This document shows, piece after piece, positions 25,766 to 40,300 of a stretch of 64,000 nt of DNA. This DNA comes from Amphiscolops sp. MND2022 (lineage: Eukaryota). How positions within the stretch are numbered: position 1 is the first letter of the stretch; each line of letters starts with the position of its first letter. The position numbers and the translations under genes were made by a program. Location: the NCBI GenBank assembly GCA_964187785.1, contig OZ076409.1, positions 18,354,001-18,418,000 of the forward strand. The letters are read 5' to 3'. The notes under the pieces are model-generated. The model worked only from the letters and a program-made list of their open reading frames with translations, searched no databases and was not told the DNA's origin.

Positions 25766-25812
25766 CTTCGTTCAAGCCAGTGACTTCAATTTTGATTAGA
25801 CAAAGCAGAATC

Positions 25813-26259
25813 GTGGTATACTGATTGACAAAACAACTCTACAATCAATTTGGATCAATATTTGGCTGGTATAACGAAACCTCCCGATTTGGAACTGATT
25901 TGGAGTATAAATCGCGCCTCTGATATGTCCCCATTTCCTCTAGTGTCCCGCGGCCCATTGGGACCGCATATGTTTCCATCTTGGTAAGTGACGTCAAACA
26001 GGAGCAACTACCTAGCCGGAGAGGAGATCCCGAAGCGATTGTAGTGGGAGCTGGTCTTTGCGAGGCTGCGGGCGAGCGTGCAAACACCGTATTTGACCCC
26101 ACTTTACTTTCGATAATATATAAAAGCACAATAGCAGTCGACCTGTGTTTGTCGATCCGCGGTTTCTCGATCAATGTCGATCACACTTGTCGATCAGAGT
26201 TTTGTCCATCGTTGTCGATGAAAAAGTTTTCGATCTTTTCATTCGATCAGTTTACCCAC
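25813..26259. mobile_element. MITE family f (GATCGA arms) with a diverged shared core
   Basis: Ends gtggtatactgattga / reverse complement gtgggtaaactgatcga; core at about 25913-26103 (+); no TSD seen. Confidence 0.6.
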
Positions 26260-29200
26260 TTTCGTTCAAGCCTACTACCAACGCAAGATCATGCGACACA
26301 GTATGGAGGAGAAAACATTCGATTACCCAATCTTGGATGATTCCGAGATATCCTCCCGTGCCCAACAGTACAGAACCTCTTGACATATATCTTTGCGCAA
26401 TCGAAATGTACGAAAACAGTGTGTGTATTTCCCACAGAGCAACCTACACTGAATTGAATGCCTATCTTCCCGGGCCATACACCTCAAGTCATTGTTACCT
26501 AATGCTACCACCCAAAAATTCCGTTGACAACCGTGAAACAACTATGTCATTTGACTTCCCAGCTAGAAAAGACCAGAAAACCCATGGAATTAAACATTCT
26601 TCAGACAACCTTCAAGGAAAGGTCCTTAGAGAGGACACTATGTAAAACAATCAGCATTGAATTGACTATCTTGACTTCTGAAATCCTAATTCATCACCTT
26701 TCGCAACTGCGAACATAAGAAAAATGTCAAAGTAACCCAACAAACAACACACCGATGGTTTTCGCAAAATAGCATCTCCGCGATAGGGTACCTATTGGAC
26801 GTTCAAAACGTATTGATGACCCAATAATAACCTATTTTACAAACGATCCTATCTGACCCTATGATAAAATGGACACTTTGCCACTGCTACTGAGAAAATA
26901 GATAAAATTCGTAAATGAAATTTAACTTTACAGATACGATTGAACGTGTACTACACTATAGGGTGATAAAAAAGCGCGCAGCTGCAGAAACATGAGAATA
27001 AACTTCATCTTTCCATTTGCCATTTTTTTGACCTCAGCCAACAAGTTTCTGCGAAAACGGCAACTTTCCCACTGCTACTTAGATTAAACAGCGCGTATTG
27101 ACCATTCCCATGTTGCTCTTCGTTTCCACTAGCTGATACGGTGATAACGGAAACGCTTCTCCGCCAAAAAAAAAACAAAATATTTACCCTGCATGATCGT
27201 AAAATTCGAACTTTGCCACACCTTTACCATGAACTGGCAGCATCAAAATTGCAATTTTAAGCTCAATGGTTAGCATAACTTTTTAGCTAGGCCATAGGAC
27301 ATCTGGAAAATTCCTACCAAACAAAAACCCGTCTATCCGCTACGAGGCACTAGTCTGTCATTGAGCAGTGAATCTCTTTTTGTTGGCTCCTGACCGCCTG
27401 ATCCTTTTTCCCTGCACAATACGTAAACCGTTGATCAGGGTACCTATTGAAGGCTTTTGATTCCATACCAACAGCTTATGACTCAGTATGTGCCGTGTTG
27501 TTGCACTCGTTACCAGGAGTAACAGACAAAATTAAATGAACTGTTCGGGCAGGTAAACGCACTGTATCCCCCGGCTCCCCTGGCGCAATAGGATAAATTT
27601 TTATCACGCCCGTGAATGAGGTCATTTATAAACTGCTGAAGATGTGTACTCTCTGGCCTCTTGAATACTATAGCAGCTGACCTGGAACGCGGTCTGGCAA
27701 AATCACATAACCTGCGCCCGAAGATGCAACAACTTCAGTGGGTGGTTTAATGTCAGCGTGAAAACCATTTAGAGAATTTCCGGTACTCGGGGAGCAGAAT
27801 TGATTCAACTACAGTATGATGTTTTACATAAAAATGACAACCCCGCGCACAAGAGCAACCTCTAAGATTTGTGCCGCTACTGACACAAAAACAGCACTAA
27901 TTTTCCAGCACTGAGTTTGGCAAAACTCCAGCAAGAGGTTGATTTTTTCCTTACACAGTCTGGAAAAAGGTAAAAATAGCAACCACAAATTCAGAATTGC
28001 AACCATTTGACCATCAAAAAATGTACAATGTAATTAATTTACCTGCAAAAAGATAAAACAACTTGATAAGATCTCTAATTGCATCGAAGACAAACTATAT
28101 GAAAAAGTAAACCAAATTTCGACTGACAAGTTTCTTTGTTATGATGACGATGATCGCCATTTCGAGAAACAATACAGCTAATATCCATGAAATAGGCATG
28201 TCTTTCAGGGGGCCAATTCGAACAAACCACAATCCACTGGACATTTTTGCCTGTGCTGTCGGCTCTGGACAAGTGGCATCTTTCGCCGGCACGAAAATGA
28301 TTTCGCGACCTCCCTGCAACATTGCGGTCCCATCGGGACAACACAAAAACTTTTACAACTGAGAGACAATTTTATGGACACAGTTCAACGAAATAGAGGA
28401 AAAAATAATGACGTGTACTGAATTGATAACGTCCAAATAGGAAAATCACTGACGCGACACTACTCTTTGTTCCGGTGATGAAACAGCTACATGTAAAAAG
28501 ACGTCTTTCAGAAAAAATTTGTTCCACAGATTGATAAAGTTATGAATACGACCATTTTCATTGTTGCACGTGCGTCAAACCATAATTTCAATTTTTAACA
28601 GTGACAAACAGCTAACAAACACTGCATTATTGTTACCACAAGCAATTGGTGTGCTTAGGTTCACTAAATTCCCTCCCTACCAAGTTCATTTGCTGCGACA
28701 AAACGGAAGATTACTTATAACGGAAGATTATTTTAACATTGACAGGAAACACCCAAGCAAACTTTATAAGGTAAAAATACACCGCATTCTTTGGGACAGA
28801 TTTGAATGTTGCCCCCAGTACGCCTAACAATTACTACTCTAATGATACCTGACGAAAAAGTCAGTTTGGACAAAACCGAGTTGGACAAAACCGACTTGAC
28901 TGCTACCTGAGGATATTTTGACTGCTAGCCATACAATATTACATTGCCACACCCCGCAACGCACAATGTCAACATTATCATAGTTCAAAGAACCTCATTT
29001 TCACTCCAAAAAAATTCTGCAATAAAAAATTCTTACGACTGGCAAAAGTTACAAAAATCAGTCATTGGTCATAGTGTGCATCTGCCGACCCAACTCATAC
29101 CTTGCTTTCGATTTTTCGAAGTCATCAACACAACCAGTGCAGCTTCAGAATAGCAAATTACTGAGAATGTTTTCCACATATCACAAGAACGCAGTAGAAA

Positions 29201-29599
29201 TCACAAAAACCTGTTCAATGACATTACGATAAAAGGGTGGTCTACATTCACTCTATTCAATTCCGAAGGTGGGCCTGTTGCCATGTTCTTCACCTGAAAA
29301 TTCATCAATATTACGCAGACATCTACTACATGGACATGACGATAACACAGACGCTCCAGATTTTCAACGAACCAGCGTACCTCGCAGAGAACATGGCTCG
29401 AATGGTCTACTATATGGAATCGCGACTCAAGGACGCCATCACAGCAGAAAAAGAAATTACAGCACCCTTCAATTTGGGTATCAACCCTTTCCCAACCTAA
29501 ATTATAACGTTCACCCGACACAAATTCATATCCCTATACCCATCTGAGTGACACAAGACAATCGTTCAATTAACACGTTTTTTTTGGCATACAACATGG

Positions 29600-31200
29600 G
29601 TAAACTTTTTTGTGTACTATTTTTTGTCCTGAGAACAACAGCCTCTACTCATGGCAGCTTAGATAAAAGAATTTTCTAAAAGAGGAACCTAAACTTCTTG
29701 TAGGAAACTAAAATTCTTGTAGAGGGAAAACCTCCAATTATTACTAACCTTTCCCCGATTAGAGTACGACTTACAACAAACCTGAACCAAATTGCCGACA
29801 CCCTACAGCATATGTGGCAAACCCCTTCAAAGAGTTTCGCTATTTCAACGTCAAGAATACAAGTGAAACTGAGTTCAAAATAGACAGACTCCTTCGTGAA
29901 ACACGACAAGAAACAACCGCGGCTGAAAACGACTTTGCCAAAATGAAACAAGAAGTGTCGGTCTTTCTGAAGAGTATCAATGCCAAGAACCACAAAAACG
30001 AGTACTGCCACTAGCAGCGGTGGCTGTTGGTGCAATCGGTCTTTTTGGCGGCGGTATATAGTTTGGCTCTGGTGACTGATTCAATGAGTATTTTCGTCTC
30101 ATGCCAAGAAAAAGCAAACAGTTGTTATTCAACAATTGGCAAATTCAACCGATTCAAAATTCTTTGAGTATATAAAGATTCGGAGACGCTCAATAGCCTT
30201 CAAAAACAGAATCTTGACACCCAAAACCAGAATTTGCAAGTTATTGAGAAACAATTCAATGTGTTCCGTACGACTATTCACGAAATGCGGAACTGTGACA
30301 ATTTCTTATATCCACGACAAGTAACCTTCACTTTTGATATCATTTCGTCTTTGTTATCCTTGACATATAGCAATGTCAAATCATATCGATCAGCCCTGTT
30401 TGCATTTCAAATGTTCATAATGACTTCAATACCGTTCCGGCTGTCACAATATTTACCTATGTCTCTAATACCGAAAGACTCGCTGGAAATCATCTTACAA
30501 ATGCTGCAACCGAGCAACTTCATGGACAAGCTAGCTCTTGCTTTCTCTATGGACGAACTGCTGGCCTTTTATGAAGCACGACTACTACTAGGCGTATAGA
30601 TGTGTAAAGGGATGATGGACTACTAATGACCTTGTCAATTCCGTTGGCCTCGCGTCAAACGGTGTTTACATTACACAAGGCAACTGTAGTTTCCATGCAC
30701 CAATCCATAGGGGCAGATGCAATTCCTTGGCGTACAGTGTCGGAGTTTGTAGCAATCTCTGAGGACCTACCAGAAACTGCATTGGTGACACAAGACCAGC
30801 TACAGAAATGTATCGGATCAACCAAATACAAAATTTGTCATGATACCATGCAACGGAAACATCCGATGCCTCTTGTTAAACGACATTGTATTTTGGTAAC
30901 GTAATGGATGCAATTGAGGTGTGTGGAACCGAAGCAGTACCAACCCCTTTCAACGAAAAAGTACCCAATTTAGCCTATGGCATCTGGTTTATTACCTCGC
31001 CAACCCAAACTTCAACTTTCGTGAATCCTTCACGAACGCTACGACAAAAGCAGAATAATAAACAATCGAGTGATGCCGAATTTGTATTATTTGAAATGTG
31101 GAAATCAGCTCCTTTGACACAATATTAGAATTAGATCAGACCTGACAATTTGCATGAAAGTTCCACCTCTTCATTTGGATGTGAACCTCCCGAGATATTG
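29600..31200 (+). pseudogene. env-like class I fusion glycoprotein of a Gypsy/errantivirus-like element, frameshifted
   Basis: QKR followed by hydrophobic VLPLAAVAVGAIGLFGGGI at about 29995-30060, heptad-like region, LPMSLIP, LSIPLAS..FTLHKA, Cys-rich CIGSTKYKIC. Confidence 0.7.
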
Positions 31201-32254
31201 AAACATGAAAAACATCAACATAAACCAAATGGTTGGAAATGAAATACGGCTGGTAATTTTTTCAAAGCCCGGTGGTTTAAACTTTTTTTAAACGAAATTA
31301 ACCAATAGCCCAAATCTTCACCTCCTATGAAGTATTTGATGTAAAAACATGCCCACCGGGAACTCCGGTGCTTTGACCTGTAACCTAAACTTAAACGATT
31401 ATTCACTTCGATGTAAAAAGCAAAGAAGACGGATAATAAGTCAAAGAGAGTGACTTGATTGTAAAGGTACCGGACAGCTGACTTCTAGAAGATTAGGAAA
31501 ACTTTTTAACAAGAAATCTTCCTCTTTCCCACCGTTCTGAAGAAAAGGCAGTGATCAGTCTTACCACTAATATAAAATTACAAGTACCTACACAAGATTT
31601 TACCGTATAAAAGTTGAACTCAAACAAAGCACCAAGTGAGACACTTCATACGCATTCATAGGACAAGGAGAGCCGTCTTACTCAGGAGCATCAAACAAAA
31701 TTAACCAGCTAAAGACTTTGATTCCTTTTTTCATATAAAGCAGCAACCTATCGAGTTCGTTTTTATTATTACTTTAACGTTCTGAGATTTGTTGAATTTG
31801 TTGAAAATTTTGTTGAATTTGATGAACTTTTGATACATTTTGAAAATGACTGGAATGCTTTGAAAAATTTTTTTTTGGAATAAATGGAAATTCAGAAGAT
31901 ATGTTGAGGTTGAAATTGATGGGTAGAGAAATTGTAATTTTTTGGTTAGCATTTGTCTAACTTCTCGCACTTCTTAGATACCCCTCTTCAGTCGATATTT
32001 TGGTGAGTCCCACCGTTACCGGTAACATAAAAATACTTCATACACAAAAACCCGTCGCCCTGTGGTTACGTTATTTACGTTTACTGTCCAATCGCGACAG
32101 TAAGCTGTGACCAAGTTGTCAAACCCGTCAACTTCAATTTAGGACGTTTTCACAAATGTTGTTTTTTTTGCCAGCCGATAGAATTTCTCCAATTTTTGAC
32201 ATTTGTTTCATTTTTTGATTTTGAAAAATAACATACCACTAAGGCAACTCAATA

Positions 32255-32349
32255 AAATTTCTGGACACTAAAGCAAAGATTCAGAGCTGACAGGATTTGA
32301 ACCTATTCTTCCAAGTCGCGGCCTGACGTGCTGATCATTACACTACAAC
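32255..32349 (-). mobile_element. tRNA-derived SINE-like head (related copies about 32535-32582 and 56937-57020)
   Basis: Minus strand tagtgtaatg (A-box-like) and ggttcaaatcc (B-box); downstream flank ctttgctttagtgtc is shared with the 56.9 kb copy. Confidence 0.6.
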
Positions 32350-33037
32350 TTCGATATATGAGCAACCTGTCCTGACTTATAAACCAACTTGGTGGTTGCT
32401 ACATTATTCCCTTCTCAAAAGAGTTCCTATCTCGCTGTCACCAAGCTCAAGGACAACATTCGGTACGAGCAACTCATGTCAGCTCTACCACTATTGCAAC
32501 TCGATAAACTATCTAGACACCAATCAAATTTTTAGAGCTAGCAAGATATGAACCTATTCTTCCATATAGCGGTCTGACGTCATGTTCAATTTACTCCTTC
32601 TATGTAGGTGTACAGTGAAATTCGAAAGTTTGTTGGATATCACAGCCTGCTTTGTTTGCCGCACAGATCACTTTTCAGTCAGAAGCTTCCTCAATGTAGT
32701 TTACTTGTGCACACGAAAAAGCGTCTTGAGGGTTACAAGACACGTGGCTTGACAACACTTGGCTGATGTTTTATTTCGAGTCACTTTTTTTTAAATTTTA
32801 TGTTTCCACTGTCAAATACCATGGATCTTCGTCACCAATCTATGTGCGTTATCATGCTGCAGAGGGGGGGGGGGAGACACACACCCGTGGTCTGCAAAGA
32901 AAGGAAAAACTTTCCCAGTAGACCAGCAGCAACAGATCAACAACGAAGAATGTTCTTATACCAGCCACTATCCCTGTCGGCCGGTAGAAACAAGGTTTTG
33001 AAGAAAGCTGCGATGATAAACAGGTTTTTCAAAATGA

Positions 33038-33535
33038 CTATAAGTAGTAAATTTCTTCAAACGCGTCTCTGTCACTCTCAGTTCCAAGAACAAAGGCCGC
33101 AAAGCCGATCTGGAGAGCTGAGATCCGTTGCTTCAAAAAGCTGCAAGCTCGGTGATCGTCGTGCGAACTACAGAGCGTTTTATAGAGACGCGTACTGGAA
33201 ATTTCAATACTCTCGCCTAAAGAACCCTGTACTTCCATGGCCACCAGTTGAAAAGTGTATTCATTGTCTATCATTTCGCAATACCTTTCATTTTTACATT
33301 GTTCAGGCCTGATGACGGCGAATCCTGGGTTGCATAAAGAGCCTTGGTTCAGGCCACTGGCTGCATGAGCATCCACCACCGTTATATCCCACACAGCTGT
33401 TTGTTAAACAATCTGAAACAGTCAGGTACTGACCACGCGGTTCGAGCACTGAAGGCAAATGGAGAGATCCCAATGTCTGCTAAATGAGAGAAATGGTAGT
33501 CGCATGACGTGAGAAGCTACCAGCACTCTTGGTAG
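33038..33535 (-). pseudogene. C-terminal restriction-like endonuclease fragment of a CRE-like non-LTR retrotransposon
   Basis: SAG.FSRH...EP.G...WDITVVD...VAMEVQGSLG...FLKQRIS..QIG..A.VLGT pattern. Confidence 0.75.
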
Positions 33536-34266
33536 AGAATGAAAAGTTCTAAACTCTCAAAAGTTTTCTCGAGGATGAATCATCGGTTCATTAATTCGAA
33601 AGCGTTTTCAGAATCAGTTTCATGATTACGTTTTTTTTGGGCTGGATTCTCTCCGTCAGACATCGGAGAACATGTGAGGCCAATTCAGCGCCTTTTTTGC
33701 TACACCTTTTTGTCGACTTCCGTATCTTGTTTGACTTGATTCGAAGACATAGTATGCGGTACAATTTGCGGATAACCGGCGTAAAGTAACGCCTACAGCA
33801 ACCGGCGATCTCTTCCATCGGTCTTTTTAGCGCAAATGATTTCGCACCAAAGAAGATCGAGAGGTACTTTTCCCTCGCGAGTCACCTTCATAAGAATGGA
33901 TTTGGCTCGGAGAAAATTAAATCCAGGTTGGCCGTTCGTTTTGGCAGGCATATCTTTCAAAATGCGAGTACAATATTATCCAAATCCACACTAGAACCGT
34001 TAGGAAAATGCACAAGAGTTTTTTAAACGGAGACCTCAGGGGTTGAAAATTAGTTGACAAAAACAACCAGCACAAGTGGTTTGCCCAGGTGCAGCGACAC
34101 ACCATTAAAATAGCGTCAGAGATGTTGACCAGTTGTCAACAATTCAAACCATTGCCATCTCTGAAGCTATTCAACAAGCCTTCAATAGGCTTGAGTTGGT
34201 GTTTAACAACCAATTCGAAATCTTTCAATTTTATCTCCAAGTAAAGACCAGCTCCCTTTATGATTG

Positions 34267-34765
34267 ATTCGCGATCTCCGTTCCAATGCACGTTTTAGTT
34301 TTTAAGTCTTTACCATATCAGGGATAACCTCCAAAAAAACAGAGAAAACGTCTAAAATTTAGAACCTAGTTGCGATTCAGGAACTGGCAAGCTCCAGATC
34401 TTGGATATGAAAATTGTCATTTAGACCTTAGTTCTTTAGTTACAGAAGTGCGTTTCGATCTAATTCCTTGGATCGCAAGTTGTGCCCACTGCATTTAGCG
34501 CACTGAGGGTTTGTGAAGATAGCTAACTACGTTATGATGAAGATTTTGACAAATTCTGCCACGTGTTTCTAATGCAGTAGTTTTTAGCCAAGTGGTATGA
34601 AGCCGGAAAACCATACCCAAGACGTGTGGTTTGAAAAATTATGCTAAGTGAGCAAATGCATTAGGCCAAATGAGGTCACAAGTCACAATAATTCGGCTTA
34701 AATTCTGTGTCGAACCATTTGGCCTAAAGTTCTGAGGCAAAATGACTACAATTTTAAACCAAGTG
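34267..34765. repeat. Decayed remnants of the MITE core and of the arms seen at 58869-59195 and 61189-61410
   Basis: ttcgcgatctccgttcc core fragment; gtgcgtttcgatc...gttgtgcccac and gacaaattctgccacgtgttt match reverse complements of the 58.9 kb and 61.3 kb sequences. Confidence 0.65.
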
Positions 34766-35639
34766 TATTCTAATTCAAGGAATGGCTCAAAACACTTTTT
34801 CGAGACCAAAACAGGATTGACATTTTAACGAAGTTTTAGGAAACAACGAAAAAAGTAAACGTGTTGCTAAAGGTTGGATTCGCTAAGCAGCAATCTTGAG
34901 GCATGGCTATACTGCATGTCACTCTGCTTCATATCAGTCCTCCTTTTAGGGCTCTAGGTGTATGTGAACATAGCAGACTATGTTGTCACAATTTTTCCGA
35001 CAAAATCTGACACGCAGTTTCAGCTTAGTGAATTCGTTTCGATTTCAAATTTTAACCGCCCAGACTGCAGCATAAACGACAATTTTGCTGTTTGAGAGCC
35101 AATTTTCGTTTTCTGCTGTTTGGTAGTTCGGTGGTTTGGGAATTCAAAATATTAGACACTGTCGTAGTTCTCAAAAACGCAAACAGCACAAAAAGCACTT
35201 CACCAAATTGAAAACTCACATTGCAGTTGATTTTCCTAATTGGGCAGCAGAATATGGCGTGAGAAAATATCAACTGTCTCTTTCAAAAGCAAACGTGACT
35301 GCAAAAGCTTTAACATGTAAAGCTAATTAGAGTGGAATCTTTTTGACAACGGTGTATTCCCAAATAACATAAGCGCAATTTTTATAAAATCTAAATTAAT
35401 TTCGAATAACATAAAAATCAAATGAACTCGACTAAAAATGAAATTGAAATTGTTTGCGCGAAAATTTCAGTGATTAAAAGTGTTCACAGTTCAAAAGATT
35501 CACTGAGTCATGGAAATTACAGAAAAAATTTAGTCAATTCGATTGTTTAACAGGTTTTTGGTTTTCAGTTGATACTCTATGGTTTTTATTGACAAAAAAA
35601 GAAAGTGTTTCAAACCTTATTATCAACTGAAATTTTCAT

Positions 35640-36180
35640 TCTTTGTTCACAAGGTTACGACTTGTTTATTGGTCGTTGTTTGAAGTAGAGTTTAACTTTA
35701 CCGATCTAGTCAGTGAGTAGAAACTTCTAGAATCCTCTTCATTACGTTCGTCTCTTACGTTTTCTCCTGTTTTAGATTTGAGAAATTTCAACAACTCTCT
35801 CTGAGACCTCAGCAAGAATGTTTTGACTTTCGAGGTTATCTCATCCTTCAAAGATGCTCTCAGGCTCTGTAAAGTGTTGTTTTCAATCCTAAAGGACTTA
35901 GCGTGGGGCGGACCCAAAACTGCTATATCCTCATCATTTAACTCTTCATTTTGGACCAAACTGGTTAAACTCAGGTTTCAATCACGTTTTTCTCGGTGCT
36001 TTCTTGCTGGTTGTTTCTTCTCTTTTGACTTCTTGTTGACATTTTGATTTTGTCAATTATAATTGAAGTTTCAAAATTTTGACGTTTTTCAACGTTTGAG
36101 TCTAGCAAATTTTAATGAATGGTATTTACAAACCCACAATTTACATACCTTCGTAGTCCTAGCACCATTTGATTACGATG
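35640..36180 (-). mobile_element. Probable 5' region of an LTR element (PBS-like site and start of a gag-like coiled-coil ORF)
   Basis: tggtgctaggact near 36166 resembles a tRNA PBS; downstream MSTRSQKRRNNQQ...LRASLKDEITSKVK, frameshifted. Confidence 0.4.
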
Positions 36181-37399
36181 AAAAACTCGATTTTTCCTCA
36201 AACTTTTAGTCGTTTCCGGTAATATCAGGGGAACTTTCGCTTTAAACCTCAAATTCACGTAGTTGTTTCCTCAAGATTTGCGCACAAAATCTCTATTTCG
36301 GTATTAGTCGTCATACATGATCTTATCATTATTTATTCCGGCGTCTTTGTATATCCTCCCAAGCAGGAAGCAGATTTTACTTCAAGCAGTCAAATCGGAA
36401 ATGCTTCCTTGTTTCACTGCTTTGATTCGCGGGAAAATTGACGCAGAGATGACGCTGACGTGAACAACAACTACCTGCTTTTGAATTTCAACTTGATGAT
36501 AATGGTGACTAATTTGCAAAAGAATTTCCTACTGATGCTAAGCGAAAGCTAGAGTAGGAGGGAAAACGAGGATATAATTGTTCCACTCAATTGATACTCT
36601 TACCAAATTGAACACAAGAAATTATATTCAAAGCGTCGTCAACATTTCACAGTACCGAAATATAATACAGAAATTATAACACCTCCAACGAATAACGTTT
36701 CTATCACGCAACAAATAACAAGGCGTGTGGTACAATCCATCCTTAAACAGGTAGCAACAAACAATATTTGTCTGGCAACAGTTATCAAAACGATCACTAC
36801 AAAATACATACCAATTGGCTTACCTTGAATTATGACGAAACGACGTCAGTTTGAACAAGCATTAATACAAGATTAGTATTGAAATTTAAGTGTAAAGGTC
36901 TAAATGTATGAAATTATTCTCGGTAATGCAAAATACTGTTGTTTCATATTACTGCATTTACAAACTGTGACTTTGAATCATGAAATATATGGTTGCTTAA
37001 CGACTTGTATTAGTCTCATTCATCATTTGCTTTTCAAAGGGCAATTATGTTACCTTTTTCTCAGAAAGGCGTGATCCCTCTAGTGTGCGTCTCAAATGAT
37101 ATTTTCCGTTTTAGATCGGTCTATGTTCTTAAATCAGAAGTAATCATATCCGTACTTTCTATTCATATTGGTTTATGATCTTGATTCAAAGATTAGTTTT
37201 AGTCCGCATTTCTGGTTGATAATGTGCATATGTTGACGTGACTTAAACTTCTCGACTGAAAGGTGTGAAATCGTTTCGATCTGTTCAATTTTGATGTTTA
37301 TTTCCATTTTAGGTTTGTTCAATATTGGTATTCCTTTCCAATTAGATCAATTTGGAAATAAGCATATGTTTTAATAATATGTCAGAGTTTATTTATTTG

Positions 37400-40300
37400 T
37401 TCAGAAAGTTTGTTTAAAAGTGGAAAACCTACATTGGGAACCTTGTGGTGCATCCTTGTCCTCTCCTAATTCCTATCCTTGTGCACCCACAAATCAATTC
37501 GGGCGCGGACTGTGACAGGGCCGCTGTCATTGATCTTGTCTGCCTGATCGTATCTGGAGCTCTCGGGAACAGATATTGCAGTTCGTAAAAGTTAGGGCCA
37601 TCTGCACTATCCCTCAGCTGTGCTAGCCCTCTTTCATCTTCTAGGTCGTTTAGTGGCTTCCTCACAAGTTATTCTAACTTTCTTAGTGGTCCAAGAGGAG
37701 TGGTAAAAATGGGCTGAAGTTTTCTCTTGCCACTTGTTCAACGTAGCCTGCTATCATAGCGCTCGTCATGAATGGCGTTTCGGAAGGCTCTTGTCCTCGA
37801 AGATGGACCTTCCTAAATGCTGCGAGCTAATGGGACTTTCGGGGTTAAGCCGTACTTCTTCTCCACATTGGACATCTGATTCGAGTCCGGAGTGAGAGTA
37901 ACTATTTGGTCCAGCAGAATCGAAGCTTGCATTTAGCCTCAAATCTTTTTGTAGTCCGATCCAATGGAATCTAACGATAAGTTACGTCTTTTCATAAGCT
38001 ACAGCTTCCACCGAGGAGTGGGATATTTGCAGCACGATTCTGTAGTTTGATTGGAAGTTTTTCGGGAGGGGCATTGAAACCCTTTCGGGCATGTCTTCAT
38101 CCTCACTTTCCAATGAGATGTCGATTAGTTGATATACGTTTTCGTTGGAACCCATTCTGTCTTGATTTTGGCAGTTGAACGTTATTCGCCTGCTGTTTGC
38201 TGTCGATGATTGGTAATCAATGATTTTTAGGATTACTTAGGACCAGCGGGATCAATCCCTCACTCCTGATTCGTCATCAATCTAGGTAATCTTTTTAAAT
38301 CACAGGCGCTGGCGTTTTGCCAACGTCGCGTTTTTATTGGCTGTTCAATTGAAATTTCAATCCCTTGTTGTCAACGTTTCGCTGAAGCCAAATTAATTTT
38401 AGCGAAATGCTAACTCCGATTTTGTTTTGCTGGCATCATTTATTGGTTGTTTCTTTTTCCATCAATTTCACTGGCAACGTTGCAAAATTATCTGACTAGT
38501 ATTGGCCTGTTTTGACCCTGTCTTTGTTTACCAGACTGCTGTTGAAATGATTTCTACCTAGTGTGTTGATTTGCGGGCACAAAAAGGCAATGAGACGCAG
38601 TTTCTCTTCTCGGAGAGGACTTGCGTACTAGTGACGCCGACGAAGCTCGTCTACCAGCACTTGAAAAGTGTTAAAATTCTCTAATCCATTAATCTTTGTG
38701 GATAATACTTGTTATAGCTTGGCCTTTTCTGCTTTGTATTTCCACTGCTTAGATTTTCTGACGCAACGATTTAGGAAAGTGTTTTTGGTGCCAAGCGCTG
38801 AGCATGAGGCTTCCTTGCCTGTGACTGCTGCTACTGTTTCTGGTGACACTGTTCCACCCGTCAACCAATCGACAAAGTTTGCTTCGGATTCTGATGGTCC
38901 AGCCGATTCCGATCAGGAGGGTCTCGATACACCTTTGAAATTGTGTTGGCTGCCTTTGTTCCTCCGTCTGCCATCACAGTCTGTGCTACTCTGCCACCTG
39001 CGGAAGGTACTGCTCACAGTGTGAGATTGTTCACCCCCTGGCGATAAGACACTGGATTGGGTGAAGCTACTTTTGGAGTTACTTCTGGGGTGTCTTCGAC
39101 GCCTTCCCCCTGACTCAAGAAATTCCTTCCGGATTTTGCGGAAACTTTTGAAACATTGACGTCCACCCGGGCTTCAGAGGGAGTTAGTTATGTTATTCGT
39201 TGTTTGTTGTTTTTGTTTTGCGGTTTTCCTTCGTTGATGGTAGCGTTTTCTAGTGATTGTGCACTCTTGATGTTTCCCTTCCCATCAAATGGCAAGCGCT
39301 CCCGTAGTGCATGTTCTGCCCCTGCTAATCAGTCTGGAAAATTTGCTCTGGGGAGTAGTAGTGAAGAGGGTGATGATAAAAGTACCCCACTGACGTCTGG
39401 GCAGGCTGCTCGACTGGGTGAGACGGATGCGTGTGAGCTGAAGACTCGTACTGTGGAACCTTTTGTAGCCAGTTAGTATTTTATCATGGACCACGTTAGT
39501 ATTTTAGGTTGTTTGCTGGGAGTTGTCATGTTGGTTGCTCGTGGATGGGGGTATTCTGGGCACTAGTTCGTTATTGAAGTGACGAGTTGTTGACGATTTG
39601 GTGTTTACCTGTTGAAGGATTTGAAGAGTTGGTAAGCCGTGTAGAGGAGAGTTTGGAGACTACTGGGTCCTCTGATATCGAGGAAGAAACCATAATTCGC
39701 GGAATCGACTCCTTCGTGATATGGTGCGAGACCAGCCTCTGTTCGAGTTGTTCGTGAGTTACTCTGGTACTGGCTGTGTCGCTACGACCTTCTGTACGAT
39801 ATGTGAGCGTGATGTATAGATGGAGACTAGAGGTGTTGCCGAGTTGGGACGGCATTTCATGGGTCCCAGACATTGGAATCAAGGCGTGGTGTATCGCGTG
39901 CAACCTTATCTGTCAGTGATTCAGTTTTCCGAAAGACTTGCCGCCTGAATGCACCAAGGTAGACTCCAGTGTATCGGTGATGGACCTGGAGATCTTTGCT
40001 CAAGGCTGGAGGCAGTTATGTGTTGCTGGTGAAATAGTGGGGACGTTTCCGGGCGACACTGGGATCTGAGAACCCCTTGTATAACTTGAACTCGAGCCTA
40101 ATTGCTGGTTAGTTTTGATGATTATATTAATATGTATGGCTTTGTATGTTTGTCAGCAAGTCATAATATGACTTTGTTCTAGTCGTTGATCTGTCGCGCC
40201 CTCTTTCCGCGAGGGCTCCTGTCACCTTGTTCGGCTCGCTGCTTTCAAGGAGTACAGCGGTTTCTTCAAAGACCGCACTGACTGTCAGTATTGTGTTGTT

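Noticed and set aside
27400..28400. Possible minus-strand host gene fragment (83 aa ORF with a hydrophobic stretch, splice-like sites)
   Set aside because: No recognisable domain or consistent exon chain; embedded among retroelement debris
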